Assembly (NCBI GenBank): GCA_009693575.1
Contig: SHWZ01000006.1
Location: 6,523 to 70,522 of the forward strand
Origin: Flavobacteriaceae bacterium
Lineage (GTDB): Bacteria > Bacteroidota > Bacteroidia > UKL13-3
DNA: 64,000 bases
Direction: 5' to 3'
The notes beneath the pieces are model-generated. The model did no database searches and had not been told where the DNA came from. It was given only the letters and a program-made list of their open reading frames with translations. The position numbers and the translations under genes were made by a program. This document shows positions 10,068-20,488 of this stretch, in pieces (the stretch's first letter is position 1; every line of letters begins with the position of its first letter).

Positions 10068-10435
10068 ATACAAAAAGCATTATTATACTGATTGCACTGG
10101 CATTGGGTGTAGCTGTCATCATTATGTCCTACGGCAAAAGCAGCACCTACCGCTGTTTTGGCGAAGCTACTGAAAGCAATGAATATCATATTGTAGGGGT
10201 GTTAGACAAAAACGCAGCACTTAACTACAACCCTGCCAAAAATGCCAATCTTTTTACTTTTAGAATGACCGATAGCTGTGGCAGCACCATGCCAGTAGAA
10301 TACCGACAGCCCAAGCCCCAAGACTTTGAACGCAGCGACAAAATAGTATGTATAGGCATGATGAAAAACGACACCTTCCGGGCCTCACAAATATTATTAA
10401 AATGCCCAAGTAAGTATAATGATGCGAAGTTGTGA
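10064..10435 (+). CDS. ccmE: Cytochrome c-type biogenesis heme chaperone CcmE
   Basis: Has an N-terminal TM anchor, is about 120 aa, and lies between ccmD and ccmF. Confidence 0.75.
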   Translation: MNTKSIIILIALALGVAVIIMSYGKSSTYRCFGEATESNEYHIVGVLDKNAALNYNPAKNANLFTFRMTDSCGSTMPVEYRQPKPQDFERSDKIVCIGMMKNDTFRASQILLKCPSKYNDAKL

Positions 10436-10540
10436 AGACTGATAGATTGAAGTGGAAGTTGTTGACCGTCATTCCCTCTTCCTGATAGCTATCTGGACTA
10501 TTGAGACGGAATCTGCATTTAATAATCTAACTAAAACAAA

Positions 10541-13015
10541 TTGAACTACACTGGCGAACACCTGATATGGGGAAACATAGGTCACTTGAGTGTGGCCCTA
10601 GCTTTTGGGGCATCGCTACTTGCGGCGTTTTCATTTTTCATGGCTGCAAGAAACGAAAGTCCTGAAAAACTACATTGGTACAAGACCGGCCGCACCGCTT
10701 TCTGGCTGCACAGTGCTGGGGTGATGGGCATTATCATCGCTCTTTTTGGCATCATCTACAATCACTATTTTGAGTATTATTATGCTTGGCGGCATAGCAG
10801 TCTGGAGCTACCTGTAGAGTATATGATTTCCTGTTTTTGGGAGGGGCAGGAAGGCAGCTTTCTCTTGTGGATGTTTTGGCATGTGGTGCTGGGCAATGTG
10901 ATGCTGGGTTGGGTAAACAAATGGACAAGCCCCGTGATGACAATGGTAGCCCTTTGCCAAGTGGTTCTATCCAGTATGTTGCTTGGGGTAGAAATCTTTG
11001 GCCACAAGTTTGGTAGCAGCCCATTCGACCTGCTGAGGCAAAGTAAAGACATGGGTGCAGCTCCCATTTTTAGTCAGCTCGATTACCTTTCAAAATATAT
11101 TAAAGATGGCAACGGACTGAACCCATTGCTCCAAAACTATTGGATGGTAATTCACCCTCCCGTGTTGTTTTTAGGGTTTGCATCCACCATTATACCTTTT
11201 GGGTTTGCCATCGCTGGGCTATGGACAAAGAACTACAAAGAATGGATAAAGCCGGCCTTGCCTTGGGCTTTGTTTGGGGTGATGGTGCTTGGTACTGGCA
11301 TCATCATGGGCGGCATGTGGGCCTATGAAAGTTTGTCGTTTGGCGGCTACTGGGCTTGGGATCCTGTGGAAAATGCCAGCTTGATTCCTTGGCTCATATT
11401 GGTAGCAGGACTACATACGATGCTCATCAACAAGTCAACGGGACATTCTGTAAAGAGTACTTTTATATTGATTACAGGTTCGTTTTTGCTGGTGCTTTAT
11501 GCCACCTTCCTCACACGCAGCGGTATTTTAGGTGAAAGTTCTGTACACTCATTCACCGACCTTGGTTTGAGCGGTCAACTGCTCATTTTCTTGGGTATGT
11601 TTGTGCTGTTAACTTTATATCTAATCCTTTCCAACTGGAGAAAAATTCCTTCGAACAAGGAAGAACAAAGCAGCTACAGCCGTGAGTTCTGGATGTTCAT
11701 CGGAGCATTGGTATTGCTACTGAGTGCAGGGCAGATATTGTTTACCACTTCTTTCCCTGTTTTCAACAAAGTGTTTGGCACAAACCTGGCACCACCTACC
11801 GATGTGATTGGGCATTACAACAGCATCCAAATGCCCATTGCCATCATTGTGGCATTGCTCACGGGTATGACACAATATTTCAAATATATAAAAACTGACA
11901 AAGGCCAAGTATTAAAACAACTTATTCTCTATGCTGGTATAGCATTGTTGGCTGGCCTTGGCGGTTTTTTCTTTTGGGAATTATACGATCTGCGTTTTGC
12001 CATATTGTTGTTCGCAGCAATGTTTGGAATGATTGCAAACGTTGCTTATATCATTACTGTACTGAAAAAGAAATGGACTTTCTCTGGTGCTTCCGTTGCA
12101 CACATTGGCTTTGGGATGATGATGCTGGGAGTGCTGGTGAGTGCCGGCAAAAAGGAAGTGGTAAGCATCAACCAAAGTGGCGAAACATTTTTTGACACCA
12201 AGAACGAAGCCAACCAAAAAGCCAATGTGGAGCATGTGTTACTTATGCGTGACAAACCTATAACGATGGGAGCTTACACGGTAGAATACAAAGGAGATTC
12301 CGTTGAGGAACCCAACCACTATTTCAAAGTAGATTATACCCAAAAAGATGCAAACGGTGCAATAAAAGAACAGTTCAGGTTATATCCCAATTTGCAACTG
12401 AACCCTAAGATGGGCAACGTGTTCAACCCTGACACTCGACATTACTTGGCCAGCGATTTATTTACCCATGTGAGTGCAGTGCCTGAAGCAAAAATGAAAG
12501 GTAATAAAGCACCCGAAGAGCAAGCCCAATGGGGAATCCCTGAAACCTTTGAACTAAATATTGGTGATACCGCTTTTACCTCAGCCAACCACATGCTTAT
12601 TTTGGAAGGATTAAAAAATAATAAGGAACTACTTCAAAGCGAAGGCAGCCAAGTGAGCCTGATGATGAACGCTCGCATAAGAGTAGTTTCTATGGACCAA
12701 GCCTATATTTCAGAACCAGCCTTTGCTATTCAGAACAACCGCCCCATTCCGACCGAAGCTCTACTCGACGAACTAGGTATGAAACTGCAAATGACCAATA
12801 TTGATTTCATGGAAATGCTGAATACAACTGGTAAGAAAAAACTGGTATCCCTCTCTGTCAGCTACCGACCCAAAACAGAAGATTACATTATCATGAAAGC
12901 CATCAAATTTCCATACATCAACCTGCTGTGGCTTGGCACAATCATCATGGTGCTGGGCAGCTTCATGGCCATGGTTCGTCGTGCTGCGAATTATCGAGGC
13001 AGGAGGTTGGTGTGA
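10541..13015 (+). CDS. ccmF: Cytochrome c-type biogenesis protein CcmF (heme lyase); TTG start
   Basis: 824-aa polytopic protein with a WAWDPVENASLIPWL WWD motif. The N-terminus MNYTGEHLIWGNIGH is typical of Bacteroidota CcmF. Confidence 0.85.
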   Translation: MNYTGEHLIWGNIGHLSVALAFGASLLAAFSFFMAARNESPEKLHWYKTGRTAFWLHSAGVMGIIIALFGIIYNHYFEYYYAWRHSSLELPVEYMISCFWEGQEGSFLLWMFWHVVLGNVMLGWVNKWTSPVMTMVALCQVVLSSMLLGVEIFGHKFGSSPFDLLRQSKDMGAAPIFSQLDYLSKYIKDGNGLNPLLQNYWMVIHPPVLFLGFASTIIPFGFAIAGLWTKNYKEWIKPALPWALFGVMVLGTGIIMGGMWAYESLSFGGYWAWDPVENASLIPWLILVAGLHTMLINKSTGHSVKSTFILITGSFLLVLYATFLTRSGILGESSVHSFTDLGLSGQLLIFLGMFVLLTLYLILSNWRKIPSNKEEQSSYSREFWMFIGALVLLLSAGQILFTTSFPVFNKVFGTNLAPPTDVIGHYNSIQMPIAIIVALLTGMTQYFKYIKTDKGQVLKQLILYAGIALLAGLGGFFFWELYDLRFAILLFAAMFGMIANVAYIITVLKKKWTFSGASVAHIGFGMMMLGVLVSAGKKEVVSINQSGETFFDTKNEANQKANVEHVLLMRDKPITMGAYTVEYKGDSVEEPNHYFKVDYTQKDANGAIKEQFRLYPNLQLNPKMGNVFNPDTRHYLASDLFTHVSAVPEAKMKGNKAPEEQAQWGIPETFELNIGDTAFTSANHMLILEGLKNNKELLQSEGSQVSLMMNARIRVVSMDQAYISEPAFAIQNNRPIPTEALLDELGMKLQMTNIDFMEMLNTTGKKKLVSLSVSYRPKTEDYIIMKAIKFPYINLLWLGTIIMVLGSFMAMVRRAANYRGRRLV

Positions 13016-13271
13016 ATAATTGCCTGTAGATGTCTTGACTTTTCAGGCTGAGTAGTAATTGTTGAAATGCACATCGAGGTCATAATTTCAATGCAAGAAA
13101 AGTACGTGAGTTGCCTTATTAAGCTACATAAGTTAAAATAGCTTCGGCAATTAAGAAACAAGCATCTGGAATTAGTGTAGTTGTGGCATTTTTCTTATTC
13201 AAAAGAAAAAATCTACGCCATTTTTTGCAAGAAATACATCGCAAATTATACGAGGTACTTCTCGCACTTCA

Positions 13272-14414
13272 CTACACATTCGTTCTGCTTGGGGTGCAGA
13301 GGCTATTGTACATTTCTTCGTAGAGTGGCAATATAATTTTCAAGTCAAACTTATGGGCTTGAACCAAGGCGTTTTTCTTGAAAGTATCGTGCTTTTCGGG
13401 GTCGCTCAATATTTCAATACTTCGTACAGCCATTCCTGCCACATCACCTACCGGGCACAGGTATCCGCTGAAGCCTTCCAAGTTCATTTCCGGGATTCCG
13501 CCTGCATTGCTGCTCACCACAGGCACTTCGCAGGCCATGGCTTCAAGGGCAGCCAAACCAAAGCTTTCGTTTTCGGAGGGTAGCAAGAAGAGGTCACTCA
13601 CGGAGAGGATTTCGTCTACCGCATCTTGCTTGCCCGGAAAAATGACTGACTCATAAATCCCAAGTTCCTTGCACAGATTTTCTATATTGCCCCGCTCAGG
13701 ACCATCGCCTATAAGCAGCAGTTTGCTAGGAAGTTTGTCATTGATTAGTTTGAATATGTTTACCACATTGTCCACCCGCTTCACCTTGCGAAAGTTGCTG
13801 GTGTGGGTGATGAGGAACTCATCATTAGGTGCTATCAGTTTCTTGAAATGCTCCTTCTTTTGCTTGGAAAATTTCTCAAAATCAATGAAGTTGGGAATCA
13901 CCTGGATTTCTTTGTCCTTCACATGAAAATGCTCATAGGTGCTGCGGCGTAAATCTTCTGACACAGTAGTTACAGCATCGCTTTTATTGATGGAATAGCT
14001 GACAACTGGCTCAAAAGCAGGAGCCTTGCCAACTAGCGTTACATCAGTGCCGTGCAGGGTGGTGACCACAGGAATGTGGATACCTTGGCTCCTCAATATT
14101 TCTTTGGCAAAAATGGCTGCGGAAGCGTGCGGAATGGCATAGTGTACATGCAATACATCCAGCTTCTCGTTCTTCACGATGTTCACCAAATGCCCTGTGA
14201 GCGAAGTTTCATAAGGAGGGTAATCGAAGAGAGGATAAACCGACACATTCACCTCATGGTAGAAAAGGTTGTTGTTGAATACATCCATGCGGGCGGGCTG
14301 CTTATAGGCAACAAAATGCACCTGATGGCCGTGCATAGAGAGTGCCTTGCCAAGTTCGGTGGCTACTACACCACTGCCGCCAAAAGTTGGGTAACATACA
14401 ATTCCTATTTTCAT
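13272..14414 (-). CDS. bshA: Bacillithiol biosynthesis glycosyltransferase BshA (GT4)
   Basis: [34 protein letters not shown]… and HVHYAIPHA…TTLHGTDVT closely follow the BshA pattern. Confidence 0.85.
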   Translation of the reverse strand: MKIGIVCYPTFGGSGVVATELGKALSMHGHQVHFVAYKQPARMDVFNNNLFYHEVNVSVYPLFDYPPYETSLTGHLVNIVKNEKLDVLHVHYAIPHASAAIFAKEILRSQGIHIPVVTTLHGTDVTLVGKAPAFEPVVSYSINKSDAVTTVSEDLRRSTYEHFHVKDKEIQVIPNFIDFEKFSKQKKEHFKKLIAPNDEFLITHTSNFRKVKRVDNVVNIFKLINDKLPSKLLLIGDGPERGNIENLCKELGIYESVIFPGKQDAVDEILSVSDLFLLPSENESFGLAALEAMACEVPVVSSNAGGIPEMNLEGFSGYLCPVGDVAGMAVRSIEILSDPEKHDTFKKNALVQAHKFDLKIILPLYEEMYNSLCTPSRTNV

Positions 14415-14562
14415 TCGCTCAATTGTGGGTTGTTAGCTTTGTCGTTATGGCTTATTAGGTTAAACTTTAGTACGGCACAGCCACCACTTAATTAACACTT
14501 TCACGAAGCTTTTTGTTTCGTTCTGCAATATTCAGGTAAATGAGCTGATATTTGCCGGGTAA

Positions 14563-15042
14563 ATGAAAATCCGTTTCAAGCCATTTCTGGTGATTGTTAT
14601 CCCTATGCTTTTGTTAGGCTGCACTGACGATCGCTTGTTTGAAGGCATCCATTACATTGAAAACAAAACCTGGGACACCAATGAAAAAATTCCTTTTGAA
14701 TTTGAAGTGAAGGATACGAATGCAGTTTATGACATGTTAGTGAATATCCGCATTTCGGGCTATTACCCATATAGCAATCTGTTCATGCAGGTGTATATCA
14801 CCGACCCCAACGGCCACCTTACTAAAAAGTTGGTAGAATATACCTTGGCTGAGGCAAGTGGTAAGTGGGTTGGCAAAGGTTTGGGCGACTTGTACGACTA
14901 CCGCCTCCCCTCGCCCGACCTGAATGAACTTCGTATTTTTAGTATCCCAGGGAAATACACAGTCGAACTCCGCCAAGTGATGCGGGTGGAGAAGCTGGAA
15001 GGTGTGATGGGTGTTGGCATAAGGGTAGTTAAGAAAAGCTGA
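14563..15042 (+). CDS. Small lipoprotein (159 aa); possibly gliding-motility lipoprotein GldH family
   Basis: Lipoprotein signal peptide (…PMLLLGC). The size and composition fit the GldH family, but I cannot verify specific motifs. Confidence 0.5.
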   Translation: MKIRFKPFLVIVIPMLLLGCTDDRLFEGIHYIENKTWDTNEKIPFEFEVKDTNAVYDMLVNIRISGYYPYSNLFMQVYITDPNGHLTKKLVEYTLAEASGKWVGKGLGDLYDYRLPSPDLNELRIFSIPGKYTVELRQVMRVEKLEGVMGVGIRVVKKS

Positions 15043-15053
15043 AAGACTGGGTC

Positions 15054-15095
15054 AAAAAAAAGCCTACATTCATGACCATAGGCTTTCCTATTTTA
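15054..15095. terminator. Bidirectional terminator between convergent genes
   Basis: A-run, then AGCCTA…(12-nt loop)…TAGGCT, then a T-run. Confidence 0.55.
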
Positions 15096-15104
15096 AAAAT
15101 ACAA

Positions 15105-17144
15105 CTAGTCTATTACTAATTTCACGGTTTCAAAACTTCCGCTATGTGAAAGTTTGCAGATATAGATACCCTTTGACAACCCGTTACAATTAACAGGAAT
15201 AGTGTATTCACCTGCTTCTATTTGTCCATAATTTTTGGTAGATACAAGCCTACCTGTTATCGAATAAATTTCTAACCGCACTTCTCCTTTTTGGCTAATA
15301 GTTGTTCCTAGTTGGGCTTCTCCACTTGTTGGGTTAGGAAAAACACTCAACCGACAGCTTTCAATCACTGCCTTCTTCAGCCCCATACTCACTGTTGTGC
15401 CAATCACAAAACCATTAGAAACAGCTTGGGTAATTGTGGTAGAATTGGCATTGTCAATTTTTCCGTTCGGGTCTATCAACATTCCAACTATTCTTATTTG
15501 TCCACTTTTCCATTTTGGATCGAGCGGGTAAATGATGTTGTGTGTAAATTGGTCGTTTTCGTTTATAGTTGATGGGAAACTATTGGCCTGCCCTCCAAAG
15601 TTAGGGCTGATATATCGAGCAACGTGGCTGTACCACATTTTGGCAGCAGGCACAGGGTTGGGCAGCACCTCAAAGCCACCCATCACTCCGCTATTGCCGC
15701 CAGAGTAATAATTGGCCTGCTTGTATGCTGCATTGGTGCTGTGAATACTATCTTCCGTAATTACGCAAGCTATTCGGTAATCTCCAGTTGTGGCTTTCAA
15801 AAACTTTGTGGTAAGCGATACTTTTAATGTATTTGTTGTTGCATCGTATATGGCTCCATTCACAATGGTAGCACTAGGTGGCACTACTATTCGGTTCAAA
15901 AAATCTACCTCCATTGCCGATGGGTCAACATCGGTTCCGCGGTCAACTAAGGCAGTTGGGTAGCCGCTTATCAATTTGCCAAAAAGACTATCGTAAGGCT
16001 GATAAACCATGGGGTCAGATGCTCCATTATGAATAGCAATTGGTATAAATAAATCACCATATTTGTCGTGGAGTTTGTCCATAAACACAGCCCCACGTGG
16101 ACACCATCCGCACCATGTGCCAGTACCTTCTTCGGCCACCACTGCTTTGTTGGCGGCGGGCGATACGGGGTCAAGAATTAAAACCTTGCTATCGTCGCTT
16201 GCATCGTCATCTGGGTTTACGGCATTCACTTTTTTCAGCGTGGCAGTCAAGTTATGGATACCTGGTGCAAGTATTATAGGACTTGTAAAATCAAGTGTAT
16301 CGTAGCCAAGTGAGGGTATATTTACAAAAGAAACTGTCTGTGAGGTCTTGTTGCCATTGTAGTCGATTTCTACTTGATAAGAACTGATGGCAGTTGTTCC
16401 CAAGTTCCTCACAATAACAGAAGGCATGGCCTGCTGTCCAGCAAGGTATCCAGACATTCCCATAATTCCTGTCACTGCTACATTCAGTGCTTGTTTGGTA
16501 TACGGAGTGTGGTCGAATTTTACATCATCAATATAAAAAGATGAACCATTGAGCGGATATAAATCCAGCGAATTGATTTGATTTATATTGCTGGCGAATT
16601 TACCTTTTGATACCCCGTCAATCAGCAGTTCCCAAGTATTCGTATTCAAATCAATATCCAATTTGTAGCTGAACCATTGGTTTTGTGGGTAGGTGGTTTT
16701 CAAATGCACATCACCACTTGCACTCCTGCATTCGGTTGTTCGGTCTTTGTTCAAGTAAATATTGATGGCGTATTCTGACCCCATTGGCTGTGTACCCTGC
16801 ACATTCATATAGGCTGAGGAATCTTTGTCAACCCACATCCACATTTCCAGCCAAAACTTTCCAGTGTTATGAGTTTGCCCAAATGGAAGCACCAAATCTT
16901 GAGGCCCACCATTGCTGACAGAGGACGAAAAGAATGCCGCCAAGCTACCGCTGTGAGCTTTTGCCTTGGTTACCTTCACATCCTCTTGAGTTCCCGGTTG
17001 GTTTTTCCAGGTAGTCCACTTGGTGTTTTTCTGGGCAATGTAGTCGCCATTTGTGTAGGCTTCAAAATCATCGCTGAACTGCTGTGCTGAAAGACTGCCG
17101 CCTATTAAGGTCAGCACGGAATAGAGTAATATTTTCTTGTTCAT
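15105..17144 (-). CDS. T9SS type A cargo protein (679 aa) with an internal thioredoxin-like WCGWCP CxxC motif
   Basis: Signal peptide (MNKKILLYSVLTLIGGSLSAQ). The C-terminal Por_Secre_tail reads SVFPNPTSGEAQL…GIYICKL. The motif EEGTGTWCGWCPRGAVF lies at about residue 345. Confidence 0.75.
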   Translation of the reverse strand: MNKKILLYSVLTLIGGSLSAQQFSDDFEAYTNGDYIAQKNTKWTTWKNQPGTQEDVKVTKAKAHSGSLAAFFSSSVSNGGPQDLVLPFGQTHNTGKFWLEMWMWVDKDSSAYMNVQGTQPMGSEYAINIYLNKDRTTECRSASGDVHLKTTYPQNQWFSYKLDIDLNTNTWELLIDGVSKGKFASNINQINSLDLYPLNGSSFYIDDVKFDHTPYTKQALNVAVTGIMGMSGYLAGQQAMPSVIVRNLGTTAISSYQVEIDYNGNKTSQTVSFVNIPSLGYDTLDFTSPIILAPGIHNLTATLKKVNAVNPDDDASDDSKVLILDPVSPAANKAVVAEEGTGTWCGWCPRGAVFMDKLHDKYGDLFIPIAIHNGASDPMVYQPYDSLFGKLISGYPTALVDRGTDVDPSAMEVDFLNRIVVPPSATIVNGAIYDATTNTLKVSLTTKFLKATTGDYRIACVITEDSIHSTNAAYKQANYYSGGNSGVMGGFEVLPNPVPAAKMWYSHVARYISPNFGGQANSFPSTINENDQFTHNIIYPLDPKWKSGQIRIVGMLIDPNGKIDNANSTTITQAVSNGFVIGTTVSMGLKKAVIESCRLSVFPNPTSGEAQLGTTISQKGEVRLEIYSITGRLVSTKNYGQIEAGEYTIPVNCNGLSKGIYICKLSHSGSFETVKLVID

Positions 17145-17279
17145 TGGTTTGTTATTTGGTTAGCTAATCGGCTGCAATTTAGTAGATTTAGATTGATAAT
17201 TTGCAGAAATAAATTTTTCCGAAGCTATGACCTTGAATACTGAACTCCAGATACCAAACCATCCTATCTTTGCCCAAAA

Positions 17280-18275
17280 ATGGAAACGGTAGTAAGCGGC
17301 ATCAGGCCAACAGGCAAAGTCCACCTTGGAAACTATTTCGGGGCTGTGAAGAATTTTCTGCAAATGCAGCATGAACACCATTGCTTTTTTTTTATAGCCG
17401 ATTATCACAGTCTCACCACACATCCACACCCGGCAGACCTTCATGCTAGTGTGAAGCAGGTGTTGTCCGAATACCTTGCTTGCGGCCTTGACCCAAATGT
17501 GTGTACCCTCTACTTGCAAAGTGACTTACCTGAGACAGCTGAACTGTATATGTTCTTGAACATGAATGCCTATATGGGAGAGTTGGAACGCGTATCTTCA
17601 TTCAAAGATAAAGTCCGCACACAGCCAGATAATGTCAACGCAGGTCTGCTCACATACCCTGTGCTAATGGCTGCCGATATTATTCTTCACCATGCTACAA
17701 AAGTACCTGTGGGCAAGGACCAAGAGCAGCATCTGGAAATGGCTCGCACTTTTGCAGGCCGCTTCAACAGAATTTATGAAACGGAGTATTTTCAAGAACC
17801 ACACGCATTCAATTACGGAAAGGAACTAGTGAAAGTACCAGGGCTTGGAGGGAAAGGTAAAATGAGCAAGAGTGAGAACGAAAACTTAGCCATTTTCTTG
17901 GCCGATGAAGACGATGCCATACACAAGAAAGTGATGCGGGCGGTGACAGACACTGGCTCTGCTGAACCCAATCAGCCCTTAAGCGAGCCCATACAAAACC
18001 TATTTGATTTGATGGCGTTAGTGAGCAGGGAGGATACCTTAAATCACTTTACGGATGCACATGCAAATGCCACTATCCGCTATGGCGATTTGAAAAAACA
18101 GTTGGCTGAAGACATGGTAACCTTTGTAAGCCCTATCAGGCAAAAGTTACAGGCTATTCATAAAGACAACGAATTATTGGCCAAAATAGCCAAACAAGGA
18201 GCAGAGAAAGCTCATGATAGTGCCGCTAAGACCATCAGGGAAGTAAGAGAGATAATTGGGTTTAGAAAATTTTAA
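17280..18275 (+). CDS. trpS: Tryptophan--tRNA ligase
   Basis: N-terminal SGIRPTGKVHLGNYFGA (HIGH-like region) and a KMSKS motif (GKMSKSENENL). Confidence 0.9.
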   Translation: METVVSGIRPTGKVHLGNYFGAVKNFLQMQHEHHCFFFIADYHSLTTHPHPADLHASVKQVLSEYLACGLDPNVCTLYLQSDLPETAELYMFLNMNAYMGELERVSSFKDKVRTQPDNVNAGLLTYPVLMAADIILHHATKVPVGKDQEQHLEMARTFAGRFNRIYETEYFQEPHAFNYGKELVKVPGLGGKGKMSKSENENLAIFLADEDDAIHKKVMRAVTDTGSAEPNQPLSEPIQNLFDLMALVSREDTLNHFTDAHANATIRYGDLKKQLAEDMVTFVSPIRQKLQAIHKDNELLAKIAKQGAEKAHDSAAKTIREVREIIGFRKF

Positions 18276-19680
18276 TGCTATTGAAGTGAAACCCTCCATC
18301 CCAAGCGGTACCCGCGACTTTGGCCCTTTGCAGGCAGCAAAGCGTAAATATATTTTCAATACCCTTGAGAACGTTTTCAAGTTGCATGGCTTCCAGCCAA
18401 TAGAAACCCCTGCCATGGAAAACCTTCAAACTCTCAATGGCAAATATGGCGACGAAGGAGACCAACTTATTTTCAAGATACTGAACAGTGGTGACTTTAT
18501 GAGTAAAGTACCCCCTGCCACCCTGATCGAAGTCGAAGAGCCAAACTCTAAACTCATAACCCCATACATTTCAGAACGAGCACTTCGTTATGACCTCACC
18601 GTTCCATTCGCCCGGTTTGTGACCATGAACCGCAACGATATTTCGTTTCCTTTCAAACGTTATCAGATACAACCTGTGTGGCGGGCAGACAGGCCACAGA
18701 AAGGTCGCTACAGAGAGTTCTATCAATGTGATGTAGATATCATCGGTTCCGATTCTTTGATGAATGAAGTGGAATTGATACAGCTATATGTTGAAGCATT
18801 TGAAAAATTAGGGACTACGAATTACGAATTACGGATTAACAATCGTAAACTTTTGCAAGGCATTGCTGAGCAAATTGGAGCAGCTGATAAATTCATCGAG
18901 CTAAGCATAGCCATTGATAAGTTGGATAAAATTGGTTGGGATGGAGTGGTTAATGAATTAACAAACAGAGGTTGGGATTCACATAAAATTACTGAGCTGA
19001 AAAGTTTGTTTTTAATTAATGGAAGTTTCGAAGAAATACTTAGCCAATTAAAATCAAAGCTCACTTCAGAAATTGCAAAAAAAGGAATAGCAGAACTTGA
19101 AACTATAAACTCAAGACTCCAAACTCAAGACTCCAAACTCACACCTATAAACTATAAACTCGACCTCGCCCTCGCCCGCGGCCTCTCTTACTATACGGGC
19201 TGCATTTTTGAAGTTGTAGTGAATGACCCAGCCTGCACCTTCAAAGGTAGCATAAGCGGAGGCGGCAGATATGATGACCTTACTGGAATTTTTGGTATGC
19301 CTGGGGTAAGCGGTGTAGGCATCAGCTTTGGTGCCGACCGAATCTACGATGTGATGGAGGAACTAAATCTGTTTCCCGAAGGGCTAGATATGTCAAGCAA
19401 AGTTCTAGTTTGCTGCATAGATGAAGAATCTCTACAAACTGGACTTTCGCTTTGTTCTGAATTGAGAAGAAAGGATATTCCCTGCGAACTTTATCCCAGT
19501 GCTTCCAAAATTAAAAAACAGTTGGATTACGCGAATGCCAAACACATACCTTTTGTAGTCATCATAGGCGATGATGAACGGAAAAGTGGCATATTTTCTA
19601 TCAAGAATATGGAAACTGGTGAACAGCAAAAGTTGAAGATTGAAGAACTTTTCAGTTGCTTAACGCTTAACTCCAAATAG
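18256..19680 (+). CDS. hisS: Histidine--tRNA ligase. The start is TTG at 18256 or, more likely, GTG at 18286. It carries an in-frame low-complexity insertion
   Basis: SGTRDFGP motif, ARGLSYYTG and GGGRYDDL class II motifs, and a C-terminal anticodon-binding domain. It overlaps the trpS 3-prime end. Confidence 0.9.
   Translation: MGLENFNAIEVKPSIPSGTRDFGPLQAAKRKYIFNTLENVFKLHGFQPIETPAMENLQTLNGKYGDEGDQLIFKILNSGDFMSKVPPATLIEVEEPNSKLITPYISERALRYDLTVPFARFVTMNRNDISFPFKRYQIQPVWRADRPQKGRYREFYQCDVDIIGSDSLMNEVELIQLYVEAFEKLGTTNYELRINNRKLLQGIAEQIGAADKFIELSIAIDKLDKIGWDGVVNELTNRGWDSHKITELKSLFLINGSFEEILSQLKSKLTSEIAKKGIAELETINSRLQTQDSKLTPINYKLDLALARGLSYYTGCIFEVVVNDPACTFKGSISGGGRYDDLTGIFGMPGVSGVGISFGADRIYDVMEELNLFPEGLDMSSKVLVCCIDEESLQTGLSLCSELRRKDIPCELYPSASKIKKQLDYANAKHIPFVVIIGDDERKSGIFSIKNMETGEQQKLKIEELFSCLTLNSK
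19102..19161 (+). repeat. Short tandem and direct repeats inside hisS: two AACTATAAACTC copies flanking two copies of CAAGACTCCAAACT
   Basis: Direct reading. The same 16-mer CTATAAACTATAAACT occurs in the rplU-rpmA spacer (42076-42091). Confidence 0.6.
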
Positions 19681-19693
19681 TAAACTCTTTATC

Positions 19694-20488
19694 GTGTATT
19701 TCAAAGACCTACCCGAACGCAAACGAACCCTGCTATTCGTGGTGCTAGGTGTGTTTTTTCTTACCAATGCCTTAGTGGCAGAATTTATGGGGGTGAAGAT
19801 ATTTTCCATAGAAAAAATATTAAATTTAGCTCCACTAGTCTTTCACTTTTTTGGAGAAGATGTACATGGATTCAACCTTACTTGTGGTGTTTTACTTTGG
19901 CCATTTGTATTTATCATGACAGATATTATCAATGAATACTATGGCACAAAAGGGGTTAGGCTACTCTCCTATTTGGCTACCATCATGATTAGTTATGCCT
20001 TCGTTATGCTCTACATGGCTATGCAAACGCCAGGTGTCGACTGGTGGTTTTATAGCAGCAACTATGGTAATGAATTGAACATGGACAAAGCCTACAATGC
20101 AGTGTACGGACAAAGTTTGAACATCATTATCGGTTCGCTTGTAGCATTTCTAATTGGCCAATTAATAGATGTTTTTGTATTTCACAAACTTAAGAAAATG
20201 ACTGGTGAGAAGCACCTTTGGTTACGGGCAACTGGCAGCACTTTGGTGTCCCAATTGATTGATAGTTTTATAGTATTGTTCATTGCCTTTTATGTTGCAC
20301 GCAGCGGACAGCCCAATCAAATGAGTATATCCTTGGTGTTGGCAATTGGTTGTGTGAATTATATCTACAAATTTACGATGGCCATACTGCTTACCCCCCT
20401 AATTTACCTTTCTCACTTTCTAATTGACCATTGGCTTGGTCAAGAGCTATCAAACAAAATGAAGAACAGGGCTCAGGGTGAAGAATAA
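19694..20488 (+). CDS. Queuosine-precursor transporter (YhhQ/DUF165, VUT family); GTG start
   Basis: Membrane protein of about 260 aa with LLFVVLGVFFLTNALVAEFMGVKIFS and TDIINEYYG motifs typical of the family. Confidence 0.6.
   Translation: MYFKDLPERKRTLLFVVLGVFFLTNALVAEFMGVKIFSIEKILNLAPLVFHFFGEDVHGFNLTCGVLLWPFVFIMTDIINEYYGTKGVRLLSYLATIMISYAFVMLYMAMQTPGVDWWFYSSNYGNELNMDKAYNAVYGQSLNIIIGSLVAFLIGQLIDVFVFHKLKKMTGEKHLWLRATGSTLVSQLIDSFIVLFIAFYVARSGQPNQMSISLVLAIGCVNYIYKFTMAILLTPLIYLSHFLIDHWLGQELSNKMKNRAQGEE

Noticed and set aside
13353-14495. Plus-strand ORFs overlapping bshA (13353..13583, 13378..13656, 13669..13926, 14052..14495)
   Set aside because: They are antisense to a highly conserved bshA coding sequence and show low-complexity translations.
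18256-18285. Reporting hisS strictly from TTG 18256
   Set aside because: I kept the maximal ORF coordinates but note that GTG 18286 (VKPSIPSGTRDF) is the more likely start. The 20-nt overlap with trpS is otherwise unusual.
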